The position numbers and the translations under genes were made by a program. Shown here one piece after another: positions 52,512-64,000 of a stretch of 64,000 nucleotides of DNA. The notes under the pieces were generated by a model. It saw only the letters and a program-made list of their open reading frames with translations. It was not told where the DNA came from and did no database searches. The stretch spans positions 1,488,001-1,552,000 of the forward strand of contig CM039002.1 of NCBI GenBank assembly GCA_017499595.2. Reading direction: 5' to 3'. The number at the start of each line of letters is the position of its first letter. Position 1 is the stretch's first letter. This stretch comes from Psilocybe cubensis (Eukaryota).

Positions 52512-53362
52512 AAATGACCGGCTATTGATAACGTAATGGGCTCATCCGTCTGGGTGGTTACCGACGACCGTAGCTCCCGTTCCGTCTTCACATGAAGGAA
52601 GGCGGGTTCTGTCTTCTTGACATTAAGCAATGGTCATAGGAGAGACATAAATATTTTCGTATCGGAGCGACTCGCGCTATGCGTAATATACAGGCGTAAG
52701 AACAAAGGACTGTACTATATCATGCATAGCATGAGAGTGAAGAGGCAGGTTTCGTGACGAAAGAGAGAGGGTCAAGGTGTCAAGGCAAGGGTACGTAAAA
52801 GATTCCCCATATTGGAGACATCGGCTCTGGCAGCAGAACAAATGAAAAATAACCATATTTAAATGCACTTTCAGGAATCAGTTGAAAAAAATGAATTTAA
52901 GAAAAAAAGATAATGGTACAGAGTAACAAAAGAAAACGAGAAACGACAGAGTGTAAGAGAGCGTCGAGTCGAGGGCGTAATTCATAACAGAGTATATGTG
53001 ACCCAGAGTGAGCATAGAGTTATGGCGGCATGCGTGGGCATTAGAGTGCGGTTCGGTGAGAGTCGGTGAGTCTAGGGTTTTTGTTGACTGGAAATAAATG
53101 GGGAGGAAGAAAGGGGGAAAGGAAGGGGTTATGGCGATAGCAATAAAAAAGCAGATGATATCAAGACCGAGGTAAATGCAACGTCCGGTGAGATGCCGAA
53201 TCAGACTGGATGGTATGCAGATGGAAAACACCAAAGAAGAGAAGAGATATGAGATATGGATGATCGACGAGATGGTTGGATATTTCAAGTACAGATGCTA
53301 GGACACGTCGGAATCCGAAATGGGGGAGTGAATGTGCACAAAGTACAAAGCCTGAAGACGGC

Positions 53363-55174
53363 TTATTGAGTTAGAATCATGGATTCTGGGACGGCCGCGT
53401 TTGTTGTCTCGACATGGTTTTTAGCCCAGTTGATAGCGAACACGGATGCCTTGAGGAACTTCTTATTTGCATACTTTTTGCACACATATTGCTTGTTGAA
53501 GTTGTCTTCTGTTAACTTCTCGACGAGAAGGTTGTGTCCTGGAATGAGTTGTTCTTCCGTGTATCCAGAAAAGAACACAAATGCTTCGTTCTAAAAAGAT
53601 CATTTAGTCACATGATGTTGAACAGGATGCACGAGGGAATCGCGTGTCTGGAGTTGAAAGAATAAAAGGATGCACATACCCAATCACCACCTAACATCTT
53701 CCGTGCACAATACATGCCAACTGCAGCGACAAGATTGGGTTTCACCCGGAGGAATCGGTAGTCGAGCAGTGTTACTTCTGTCAGGAACTTGCTGAGTGTC
53801 CTTGTTTGAATATCATAGTCGTCGGCTTTGCTGATCTTCCTCATCCAACTGTACGGAGAACAGTAGTGTGATATACGGAATTCTAGAGTCTGCAGCATAA
53901 TCCGTTCGCCCTTTAGAATCTCCTCTTTGGTATAACCATTCTCCGTCATGAACACAAATTCCTCCACGGAAGGGGCAAGGATCTCCTCGTATTTGGCGGC
54001 GATGAACATAGCTGTAACGCCAACCAACTGCAGCTTCAACAATGAAACAACTCGTTTAGTGAGGAATCGATCAACGATGTTCACTGCTATCCACAAGGTT
54101 TCCGGAAGCATATGATAGCGCAGGTGAACCTGCAAAAGCCAATCGACTAAAGTCTGGCGCATGCCCCATGATATTTCATTTTGCCCGTCCATATAATTTG
54201 GATTCGGCATAACTTCGTCCTAACAAAGCCATCAGTCATCTTATTCGAACGGTTAAACATTATTCTTACTTCAAGTTCGCACATATATTCGAAAATCTCT
54301 TCAGAATATTCAGAGACCATCGTTGTGTCGTACACATCGATCTCATCCTCGAATCGAGAGCGAATGACCTGCACTTCCTTTTGGTACCGTAGGGCTCGCT
54401 CAGTCTCCACATCGGGCCAAACTCGCGGAGGTTTAGCTTCTACAGGCTGTAGGGACTTATCATCTTCCTCTTCATCCGGCTCAGCCTCGCTGTCGATACC
54501 GATCATGGCCTCCACTTCCTGTTCGTTCACCAATAATTCTTCTTCGTCATAGTCGTGTGCAATATCTTCTTCGACCTCCATTTCGCTATGGAGATCTTCC
54601 CGCACCTCTATTTCCTCCTCCAAAATCTGCTCGGTGAGTACTTTGGAAGAGCGTTTAGGAGGTGCTGGCACGCGTGTTCGAACAGGGAGGGTGCGCGCAT
54701 TAACAGCGTTTGTAACGGGAGGAGCAACTTGACCTCGTCCAGGACCCAGTGGCACTCGCTGTGCCAGAGTAGTCGAGTTAGACCGACCGCGCTTTAGACC
54801 GGTTTCTTCCTTTTCTTTCCCTAACCCTGATTTTGATATGGCATCCTGAAGATGAGAGGGATTATCGTTAGACATTGTGGCTCGGACATGCGAACAACAT
54901 GTATACCTTTCGGTTTACGGCTGCGGTGGTCACCTCGCTCAGCGCTTGACGCGTAGCCGTGCTCCTAAGGGCTTCACTCTTCCCAGCAGTGAACCGGAAT
55001 GGACCTTGAGTTCCTCCGGCGGAGGCTTGTCGAACATGTCTGCTCATCGCGTTCTCGTCGGCTTTCGCACGCTGAGCCAAAGTGCGTCGCTGTGGCAGCT
55101 AATGGATGAAACACATTAGCTAGACAGATAGATCAGTAAAGGAGAAGACATACGCGGACATTATTCGTGGCCAT
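53363..55174 (-). CDS. B-type cyclin
   Basis: ADENA, D-box-like RQALSEVT, MVSEYSEEIFEYM, cyclin box MRQTLVDWLLQVHLRYHMLPETLWIAVNIVDRFL, LQLVGVTAMFIAAKYEE. Confidence 0.93.
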
Positions 55175-55442
55175 GTTATGAATGGGAGTGGGTAAGATGG
55201 TTGAAGTAAGGGTTTGAGGTTAGTGGCCGTGCTCTTAGATATCGACAAGGATCCAGACGGAAAACTTGGACCTTTGTTGATGGAAGTAACTGGGAAAGGA
55301 AAAGGGAGAGAAAGAATTCGAACAAAGTCCGCTAGTCAAGGTCAAAGACAATCGTCAGCCTCAAACAGAACGACAAGAAACAGAAACTCAACCACCTTCC
55401 GCTCGAACAACGATCACGTGTGAGCCACAACTTCACCAAATA

Positions 55443-55460
55443 ACGCGTCGCAGGACGCGT
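55443..55460. promoter_or_regulatory. Paired MluI cell-cycle boxes (ACGCGT x2) upstream of the cyclin
   Basis: ACGCGT at 55443-55448 and 55455-55460, about 270-285 nt upstream of the cyclin ATG. Confidence 0.5.
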
Positions 55461-55562
55461 CCATACATTATTCTCACGTTTCTTACGTCACCCAAACAAA
55501 CCCATGATATCATAAAATTTTCTACACTGTCTACGATCCAAGGACGAGTCCACACTATTTCT

Positions 55563-56756
55563 TTATCGCCCAAACGCTCCAAATCTCTTGAGCTTTTCAC
55601 GTTCTTTCCAATCGAGTCCAGATATTGACGTGTCTGTGTCTGCGGGGGGTGACTTCATACCCAATCCGCTGCGATTCTGACTTGATTTCAGTTCCAGTGG
55701 TTCAACGAGTCCGATCCTACCATCCTCTGGATCTGAAGGTGCTCCTAACGACGTCCCTGGAGCCCAACCTTGTTGCATGAGCAAGCGATGTCCAATATTC
55801 TCTGGTGGTAATGGAGTAGGTGGTTGGGATGTAACCGAGTTCGGAACTTGCTCCTCAGCTCCAGTTAGCGCTGGCTGCAGCTTTCTAGTGGTTTCCGTTG
55901 TTATGCTTGCAACACCCGGGCTATCAGGTCGAGAAGCAGGATGGAGGAGCCGTCGACGGGCGGCCCGGTCGACGTACTCAGATTTAGTAATTGGCGCCGT
56001 CGAAGTGGAGGCGTGCTGTGAATCGTTGTGACGGGTCAGGAGACTCCGCTTCAACATGGTGAGAGCTTTTTTCGGGTCTTTTTCCATGGTCGCAAAACCA
56101 GGCGAGGCCGCCGAGGTATCTGAATCTATTCCAGCAGCGTCTCTCGTTCGCTTCATAGAAGCCTTTTTTGGTACTGGGAACAACGGAATCTCTCCGTCTT
56201 CTGTCAGTGCGCAATCACCGCAAGGTCTCTGATTGTCGTGGATGTGTACTTCGAATGTCGTAGTTCCCAGCTTCAATTGGTCAGAGTGTCGTAGTCGTTT
56301 TGGTATGCTTGCCATTCGTGGCTGCGATAGTCGAGTACCAATACCCTCTGAATCGGGAGACATTGTCCCCGGACGCAAGAACGTCCCATGCATAGAGCCC
56401 ATATCAACTATGTTCCACTCCTTCCGTGCACCATCCCAGTAGGCCGTCGCATGAATTTTGGACACTTGCATCTCCTTAAGGCGAATTCGTGGAGTGGATG
56501 ACCCCTCTGGCTGGACATCTCGACCAAGCTGGACCTCCGGATATGAATCAATAACCGCCACTTTCTTCTTCCTGGACAAGATGGAAGAACGCAAGACAAC
56601 CAGTCGGAAGATCGGTTGACCTGGCCTCAGAGCCGTAGTTAAATTCGTACTGTCGTATTCCCGAGATGTCTCTGACTCTCCCGGCCATTCAAAAGCTGGA
56701 TCATATCCGTTGGCCGAGTGGTCGTGCGCGATTTGGCCTTCCTCTAACTCTTCCAT
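55563..56756 (-). CDS. FHA-domain plus G-patch protein (AGGF1-like), single exon
   Basis: FHA: QLGRD...IRLKEMQVSKIHA...IVDMGSMHGTF...LKLGTTTF; YVDRAARRR; G-patch NIGHRLLMQQGWAPGTSLG...GLVEPL...RSGLG. Confidence 0.85.
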   Translation of the reverse strand: MEELEEGQIAHDHSANGYDPAFEWPGESETSREYDSTNLTTALRPGQPIFRLVVLRSSILSRKKKVAVIDSYPEVQLGRDVQPEGSSTPRIRLKEMQVSKIHATAYWDGARKEWNIVDMGSMHGTFLRPGTMSPDSEGIGTRLSQPRMASIPKRLRHSDQLKLGTTTFEVHIHDNQRPCGDCALTEDGEIPLFPVPKKASMKRTRDAAGIDSDTSAASPGFATMEKDPKKALTMLKRSLLTRHNDSQHASTSTAPITKSEYVDRAARRRLLHPASRPDSPGVASITTETTRKLQPALTGAEEQVPNSVTSQPPTPLPPENIGHRLLMQQGWAPGTSLGAPSDPEDGRIGLVEPLELKSSQNRSGLGMKSPPADTDTSISGLDWKEREKLKRFGAFGR

Positions 56757-57278
56757 TGGAGAGATTGTCAAATGGCGGAAGCACTTGAAATTGTTCTTCT
56801 CATCGATAGGTAGATGTTCCGTTTTAAGAAGCACTAAAAACTTCTACCTTGTTGATGACGAGAGTAACATATGTAGACAAAAGCTGTCGTTGAATCGAAG
56901 ATAATAGTAACGATTTTGTCTCCGAGCATGACGGTGAGAGATAGGTGTGCTTCGGCAATGGCCGGTGGCTATTGATCGATCAATTAGGCGACGGTCATCC
57001 GGATTTGATTACAGGGGCTTGGTTCGAACCGTCATCACCGTCGCGATATTTCTATTATTTCGTGTGCAAAGCAAATCGACAGGTGTGTCATAACTTTTCC
57101 AAATTGTCAGTAAACGGATCATTCAACGCTTAAATATCTGGGTCAGCCCCTCTCTTGAGTGACATTCAACCTTGTTCCACGTTTCAAAGGTGGTACTTTA
57201 GTAACCAACCTCAACAAAGTCATCTTAATCGAATTTTGAACGCATATTATTTCCGGTCTTCTATCAAGGTATTCACAT

Positions 57279-58901
57279 ATGGAACCATTTACCGAGGTAA
57301 GTGCTCGATTCTTTATTTATGTTTGATTGATTCAAGCCTGGGTAAAAATAAGGATCACGATAAAGACCTTCTGAACACTGAATGGTTGGTCAAAGTTGAA
57401 CCAAATAAATCAACTCCATTTTTGTTTGTAGGTGCTTGACGCTAAATGATTGGTAGATGATATACTCATTTTATGCAAGAAATATGGTGTATCTATACGC
57501 GATTTGTCTTGTTATATCTTAATAACAGATACAAAGTCTGTTTGGGTCGAAGGTAAAACAAATTTGCCTACATTCTAAACTGGATTGCATGCTAAACGGT
57601 AATTTTTAGTCCTCACCAGCAAACAGATTGCTCGTCGCTGGCGCGAGTGCAATCCTCAGTCCTCAAAACAATACACACAGACTTCCGATGAGGAAGCTTG
57701 GAGAGAAAATATTATTAACCTGCTTTCAAACGGACATTCGATGGGAGGAATGCTGGAAATGAGTCTAGAGGAAGTAAAATCAAATTACTCAGTATGTCAC
57801 TCTCATATAATCATTTTATCTCTACGTGCCAATTCCATCTTAGGACTTTGCCTTTGTTGTCGAATGTGAGGCATTCAAATGGAGATGGGAAACATGTTTT
57901 CTGGGACATCGACGATCCTCGGAAATCATATCCAAGCATCTTATCTTTCCGCTTATAAGCCTCAACCACCTGACATTTTCATCGGCTCATTCGATGAGCG
58001 AGTTGTCTGATACTGAACTGGAACAGGTAGTGTTTCTTCATAACGCTTTACTCGGACCACACCAGCACTGTTGCTGATATATATTTCTAATCCCAGTCGG
58101 TCGGAAAACTCGGCCAGACAGCGAGGCGGGCGACTTCTAATCATATTAGGACCGCTTTGTCAAAACCACGCGTTGCGACTGCAATCAGACGAATGACCGC
58201 ATTGTTTAACTTTATACCAGATCTAAGCACGTTCAATCACATTTTTACTCTGTATTCTGAAAATGCTTACTTGATCTTTTCCACAGAGCCTATCACCTCA
58301 ATTGCTGACAAGCCTTTGCTTAAGATAGAGAACACTTTTGTCTCTCAAGCTCAAACGCCAAACTCTCAACCACCACCTCCCCCTCCAAGACAACAAGAAC
58401 ATTATAACACAGTAAGCAATTTATTCCTATATTAGACTCCGATTCTTTAACATTTTAAATGTCTTGTAGCCCCAACCAGAAAAATCTAGTCCTAAGAAAA
58501 TCACACCCGAAAGAGAGCCCAGGGTAGATAATAAAGTTAAAGTTATCGAATCAGCTTCAGAAACGGAGTCTGATAGCGAGCCGGCGGAGACCACAAAAAC
58601 AAGTTTGACTTCCAATCTTGCAGGACCGTCAAGGACATCAGCGAGAAGTCCATCGCCTGGTTCACCGAAAGACCCAACTCCTCCACAATCCGAACCCATT
58701 CGTAAAAGCAGAAGTCGATCAAGCTTAGAAGCCGAGGTACCCCCTCCTCGCCCCGTAAAGAAGACCAAGCCTACTTTGCAGTCTTCAAGCGGTGAGGACA
58801 GTGACCAGGATGTCAAAAAGTCGAGGAGCAGCTCGGCCGTAGCATCAGGAGCCAGAAGAGGTACCCGACAACCGATTAAACGCGGTGGCAAGAAATTCTA
58901 A
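57279..58901 (+). CDS. XLF/Cernunnos/Nej1-like non-homologous end-joining factor
   Basis: Spliced: MEPFTE|DHDKDLLNTEWLVKVEPNKSTPFLF|KYGVSIRDLSCYILITDTKSVWVE|VLTSKQIARRW; disordered tail ending RQPIKRGGKKF* (similar to the XLF Ku-binding motif). Confidence 0.65.
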
Positions 58902-61720
58902 AGTTGTCGGAACACGCCGTTGACTGCTTTTCAACTTAAATCTCTATAAGGACATTTTGGAGAAATCCCGATGTTTGGTTTTCCAATTTTGTCATGGTTC
59001 GGACAAGGCGATCATTTCAGGCATACACTTGGGTTATACAATTATTCTACGTTTTCCTTGTTTAACGACCAACTCCTCGTCTTGCATTCTCGGCAGCCTC
59101 CTTGCAATCATCGCATTTCCAGTGAAACATGCTTACAATGCGACGATTATCAGCTGGGGTCTGCATAGTGTCGGACAAGGTGTTATCGCCAATTGTTTTC
59201 AAGCATTGGAGGTTAAATCTCACCGTGGGGCAAGGGCAAACTCTGGCTGTATGTACGTGCGCGGAGCTCAGGGCACAGTATTGTGATTTGCAATCGGTTC
59301 GGTTACCCGAATAATACGATTTGACGAAATGCTTCATACCCTCATTCAATAAACATCACATCCGGGAGAGCGACTAGAGGACTGCAGCTTACGCCACAGG
59401 GTCTGTACCAATCTCCGAATCTGCGAAGAGCATCCAGAGGTAAGCATCAATATCAATGCAAAAAGTTGTGCAATGTTACACTTCATCGCTACACATGTTG
59501 TCAGTTGACTGAATGAATCGAGGATAATTTGAGAATCGAGACGCGAATGCGGAGGATTGAGATAGAGATGCGATGCTGTTGATCTTGTGGACCCGGCCCA
59601 TAATATACTTTTCCTAGAGTGACGATGGAGTAACTGACAGTACGCTCAGAGCGACCTCGACCATCTTTGAATGTCACGCGATTGCCATCGGACCAAAAAG
59701 ATCTCCCTGCCCTGACTTTCTCCAAGTAACGTTATCAATACAATCTTGGCTTCAGAGATGAGGAGATTGATAACATGCCAGCAGGCATCGGTGATATATC
59801 TATCAAGACCAGGTCACCGGGGTCAAATCATCCTCTACCCAAGTCAACAGTCACCGAAACTTGCCATTCAACGACCAATACGGATAATTATCCCACCGGA
59901 AGGGAAACTAATTTAAACCGTGACGATGTGTACATTCAAAATAAACGGAGATTATCACTGATTGGATCCCAGTTGCCTTGTATAGCTTCTTGTACCAAAC
60001 TGGCATATACAGCAACATACTTACTTTCCTTGTCGAAAGGAAGTATATAATCATTTCGGAGTAAACCTGAAGGTAGCAATAAGTCTGTGTGCCACAATTC
60101 CGCAATCTAGATAAGGAAGGAAGTAATACCAGTAGTAATAACTACCCGGACATGTTACATCCAGGCTAGGGAAGATTACAAAGCTTTGAGGCCACTGTAG
60201 ACAGCTGACTCTTTTACTTGCGAAAAAGAAGACCGTATCCAAGGTATGAGAGGCTGATCATCAACCCACGCAAAAAAAGAAGACAAAATGTTTTGTGGGA
60301 GTAAGCGGACGAACAATGCTGTCAAACCCGCAGCTTCATTACCGGTCCCATTTCGTTTGACGCCGTCTTTGCGCTGCATTGGGGCCTCAGAGTTGTATAT
60401 ATTAGATTAGGAAGCCCGAGATAATCGTGCTACTCACAAACCTCAATTCGCGTGAGTGGCAACACGCCAATAAAGTAGTAAAGAAGATCACCGTGGCTCA
60501 CATCCCTAAGGCAGAGGTGGAACAAACGATCATATGCTGCAATTGAGGCAGTGGATATATAACATCCCAAATAGAATGAATTCAGAAATAGGTGAGTATA
60601 ACAGTGTCTGATCCCCGCACGTTCTGAATTCTGGGCCACTGGAGGACTCGAAGCAGGTCTAGACCTCATCATCAGCTATTCGGTTGGCCAGGGCTTCCAA
60701 TGATTTCAGCTTCGCGGGTGGCCAATGCCTTGCTGGTGTTTTAAGAAGCGCAAAACAACGGGTGCGTGGGTAGACCAAAAATGGGAGAGTAGGTCCGTGA
60801 GAGCAACAGAAGGCGTGTAAGTTCTTGCGACACAAGAGGGAGTCACTAAGTACGTCGCCGGTAAATAATCAATTCGCCCTTGCAGCATTAATATTTTATC
60901 CAATCATTGTGAGATTTTGCAGAAGCCTAGGACAAGAGCAAGCACTACATCAAATAGGAAGAATGAACTAGAAAAACCACGTAATTAATCTTTGAACGGC
61001 AATATTTTCGGCAAGAAATGCAGGCCCTGAGAACGTGAAAGAGCAAGTTAGCCCAACCGCCATAGCTTGGAAATGCTTACTAGTCGTCGGATGAAAATTG
61101 AAAGTCTCACTGCTCCCTTCGACCACGCTGACGTGGACACAAGGAGAGTGTCAGATGATGATAAGAGTATTGAATAAAATGGAAAATTTCCTAGAGACTT
61201 TGTAGATAAAGAGCACTGCAGAAGAAACTGCTCTTTCAGGATACAGATAAGTGATTGGCGGAGATAGACGATGCACTGGTCAGTGTCTTGCAGAAACTAT
61301 GGAGACAGCGGTATCGATTCACGGCTTAAAATAATTTAGCCTGATGGTCACAGTATATAAGGCGAAGTATTCGCGGTGGTCCTGTAAGTGCGAGACAAGA
61401 ACAACGGTCTATGCTTTGCTCCATGATGGACTCGGGTCATATGGATCATACGGAGCAGATAAGTCTTGAATCAAAAGCGAGAGACCAGTGACATGCTATG
61501 AGAATAACATGCGAGAAACAATAGCCGAAATCCTCGATGCCCAAGTGTGCTGACGCAGAAATACGGAAAGATTACAGTTCGACGAGGAAGAACCTGCAAA
61601 ATGGGTGTGATGTCAACCATGTCACATGTGATCTTTTTGTGACCATTATCGCGTGATTGAGGACCTCGGCCGAGTCGATCGAGAATATGTGCCGGGGTCA
61701 GAAAGAACAGTACAACTACC

Positions 61721-62782
61721 ATGGCCGCCTCATCAAACGAAAGCTTGGACATCCTGGAGGTAAGCAATAATTCAATCTAGTATAACAATAGACCAACTTT
61801 CAATGTCTCCGTAGTCAGCGCTTGATCAGGCCTTTTCCGCACCCTTGCCAACCGTCCCCCAGGAAGTCCCACAGGAGGTGTCGGCAACAGAGCAATCCGA
61901 CTCCTCCCAGTTTGAATCGGTGGAAGAATCTAACCTTACTGAATCATCAGTGGTAGAAGTCAACTTGTCTGAATCCACCGTGTCCAATGACTCGTGGAAA
62001 GAGGAATATGAAGCTCAGGTCAAGTCCTGGCGCGCCCGCTCAGCTGAGGAGCGCGAAAAGGCCGAAAAAGAGCGCTTGAGATGGGAAGCCATTCGCGCTA
62101 TTGAGAAGGAAGAAGCGGCGAAAAGGAAAGCTGCAGGAATTGTCGACGAACCGGTAGTAGCCCCCACTCAACCTCCAGAAGAAAAGTGGGAGGACGTCAA
62201 AACTTCCAGTGAGACCACACCCGAAACCCCTGCTTCCAAAGTCGAAACAGCGCCCTCAAATATAAAAGAGGCATCAGAGCTGGTACATAATCATTTTCAT
62301 TGCTATTTTTCTTTTCTAATTTCTTGTTACAGAAAGTTCCCTCTTCACCCACACCACCATTACCCCGCACAGTCTCGCATCAAGACACCGCTACCACCAC
62401 GGACGATTCACAGAAATGGGAGGATGTACCTTCCGTGACTTCATCCTTCCCTTCAATGTCCTTCCCGGAAAACATAGAGGCATCCACTCCCGCCAACCGT
62501 GAACAACCTGCTCCTGCCCCCGCCCCTGTGTCTGTGTCCCTAGCCATCTTCGATTCGTCGCTCTCAACACGCACCCGGGTAACGGCTTTAATCTCTTCCC
62601 TGGCTGTCAACTTGTTCCTCCCATTCGTTAACGGTGTTATGCTTGGGTTCGGTGAAATCTTTGCTAAAGATGTCGTCATGCGATGGCTGGGCTGGAAACC
62701 CTCTGGACCAGCGTCAACCGTGACGAATGTTGGTTTGAGGTCAAGTTCTCGTGAAGAACGCCAAAGGAACGCTTTCCGGTGA
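61721..62782 (+). CDS. MIM1: Mitochondrial import protein Mim1/Tom13 with long N-terminal extension
   Basis: Exons 61721-61759, 61815-62282 and 62333-62782 (318 aa); signature VNLFLPFVNGVMLGFGEIFAK...WLGW. Confidence 0.82.
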
Positions 62783-62924
62783 CAAAATCGGACGAATTAA
62801 AACCCATTCGTATTCTTGTATAGGCGCCAAAATATACATAATGCTAATAATTTGCATGCTAGTCGTCCGGGATATTATATTATGAAATTACAGTAATTAA
62901 TGGTTCGATACACCATGAGGGAAA

Positions 62925-63971
62925 CTATAGTCTCGAGTTTTTGGGAATTCCACGGATTGCCTGTCGGACGCCGAGGTCTCCCAACACATCTTCAGCTCCT
63001 CCAAGGATACTGAGAGAGAGAGAGAGGGAAAGAATCAGCAAGCTGCTCCATTAATTACTTGATGTAAAAACTTACGCATCGAATGGAACAGTGCGGTGGT
63101 ACTGGTGACATGAGTATAGTTAATCAAACATATGGCAATGAAAACTTACGTGTTCAATGAACTCTCCCATCCCTATTATTTGTTGTGGTGAGTTTCAAAT
63201 CAAAAACAGGATGTGTAAACCTAGCCTCACCTGTCCTGGTAATACCACGGCCACCGAAGATCTGGACAGCATCCGCAGCGGTTTCCTGAGCAGTGCGAGT
63301 GGCTTGCATCTTCAAAATACCGATGGGACTGTATCATCACATTAGTCAACGCGGTACGCAGCTATACAGTGCGAAAATTTATACCCAGCCAATTTGGCAG
63401 CTTGCTGCTTGTATGACTGTTATGCAAAGAAAAAAGCATCAGGGGCGTAAGAATGGAAAGACGCGGAAGATCATCTTACCATGTTGTTCATCTGGTAAGT
63501 GATGTTTTCGAGCCAGTTTTGGATGGTTTCCACTCGGGCAATCATTCCCGCAAGTTTGTGACGGATGACGGCTTGCGAGTGAAGAGGCTTGCCGAATGCC
63601 TTGCGCTGGTTGGTCCACCTATGCGGAAAATGTTAGGAGGAGAAAAACAACGGTGACTATCCCTTACTTGAGGCATTCCTCGACGACCAGACGCTGACTT
63701 CTGGCAGACGAGCAGATCATGACCCATCGCTCGTGGTTGAAGTTGCTGAGCATGACGAAGATTCCTCCGCCCTCAGGGCCGAGAGTGTTTTCAACAGGAA
63801 CCTTGACATTGTCGAAGGAAATGAAGGCTGTTCCAGCGGTAGGAGACTGTCCTAAAATCAGTATTACGAAACTACTGATAAAAATTAATTTAACTCACGT
63901 AGCTCGTTTTAATGGGCTTTGTCTCTACACCCTCTCCTCTCTCAACGAGGATAACAGTGAAACCATCCTAC
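62925..63971 (-). CDS. Acyl-CoA dehydrogenase, peroxisomal (PTS1 SRL); 5' part lies beyond the window
   Basis: GTAFISFDNVKVPVENTLG, FNHERW, QRKAFGKPLHSQAVIRHKLA, AVQIFGGRGIT, ILGGAEDVLGDLGVRQ...PKNSRL*. Confidence 0.9.
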
Positions 63972-64000
63972 AACGCTGTAAATAACACTGCATAAATGTG

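Noticed and set aside
52878-53288. 136-aa hydrophobic ORF downstream of the cyclin
   Set aside because: It arises from the pyrimidine-rich 3'UTR sequence and has no ATG start or recognisable family.
63013-63026. (GA)n dinucleotide run
   Set aside because: It is the polypyrimidine tract of an acyl-CoA dehydrogenase intron on the minus strand.
1-64000. Transposons, tRNA/rRNA, CRISPR arrays, secondary-metabolite backbone genes, TGA-CTA readthrough signals
   Set aside because: None seen by eye. The TGA stops I inspected lack the CTA context. Small ncRNAs would need an Infernal or tRNAscan search.

Overview
Gene-dense (about 28 genes in 64 kb), intron-rich eukaryotic DNA. The ~50-60 nt GT/GC-AG introns, many micro-exons and the protein families point to a mushroom-forming basidiomycete (Agaricomycetes; inferred). 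Most genes are housekeeping: PalB/Rim13 calpain, two tandem NAD(P)-binding paralogs, SPC3, ASA1, BSD2, BUD13, an MFS transporter, a GPI-anchored wall protein, PRMT5, an ankyrin protein, a PAS+GATA factor, SDS22, CCDC174-like, a metallo-beta-lactamase-fold protein, MOCS2A, THI80, a CS-domain protein, ERG28, an F-box/LRR protein, VCX1, FOX2, cyclin B, an FHA/G-patch protein, XLF, MIM1 and an acyl-CoA dehydrogenase. I saw no rRNA, tRNA, CRISPR array or recognisable transposon. Gene models were spliced by eye, so internal exon boundaries are approximate. Most notable: (1) FOX2 has an internal PTS1 plus stop (KAKL*) overlapping the donor of an unusually long 387-nt intron, so the locus can encode dehydrogenase-only, hydratase-only and fused peroxisomal proteins; (2) an operon-like THI80-MOCS2A-MBL run in which an in-frame ATG lies 4 nt after the MOCS2A stop; (3) a Mim1 with a long N-terminal extension carrying two WEDV motifs resembling Atg8-interacting motifs.
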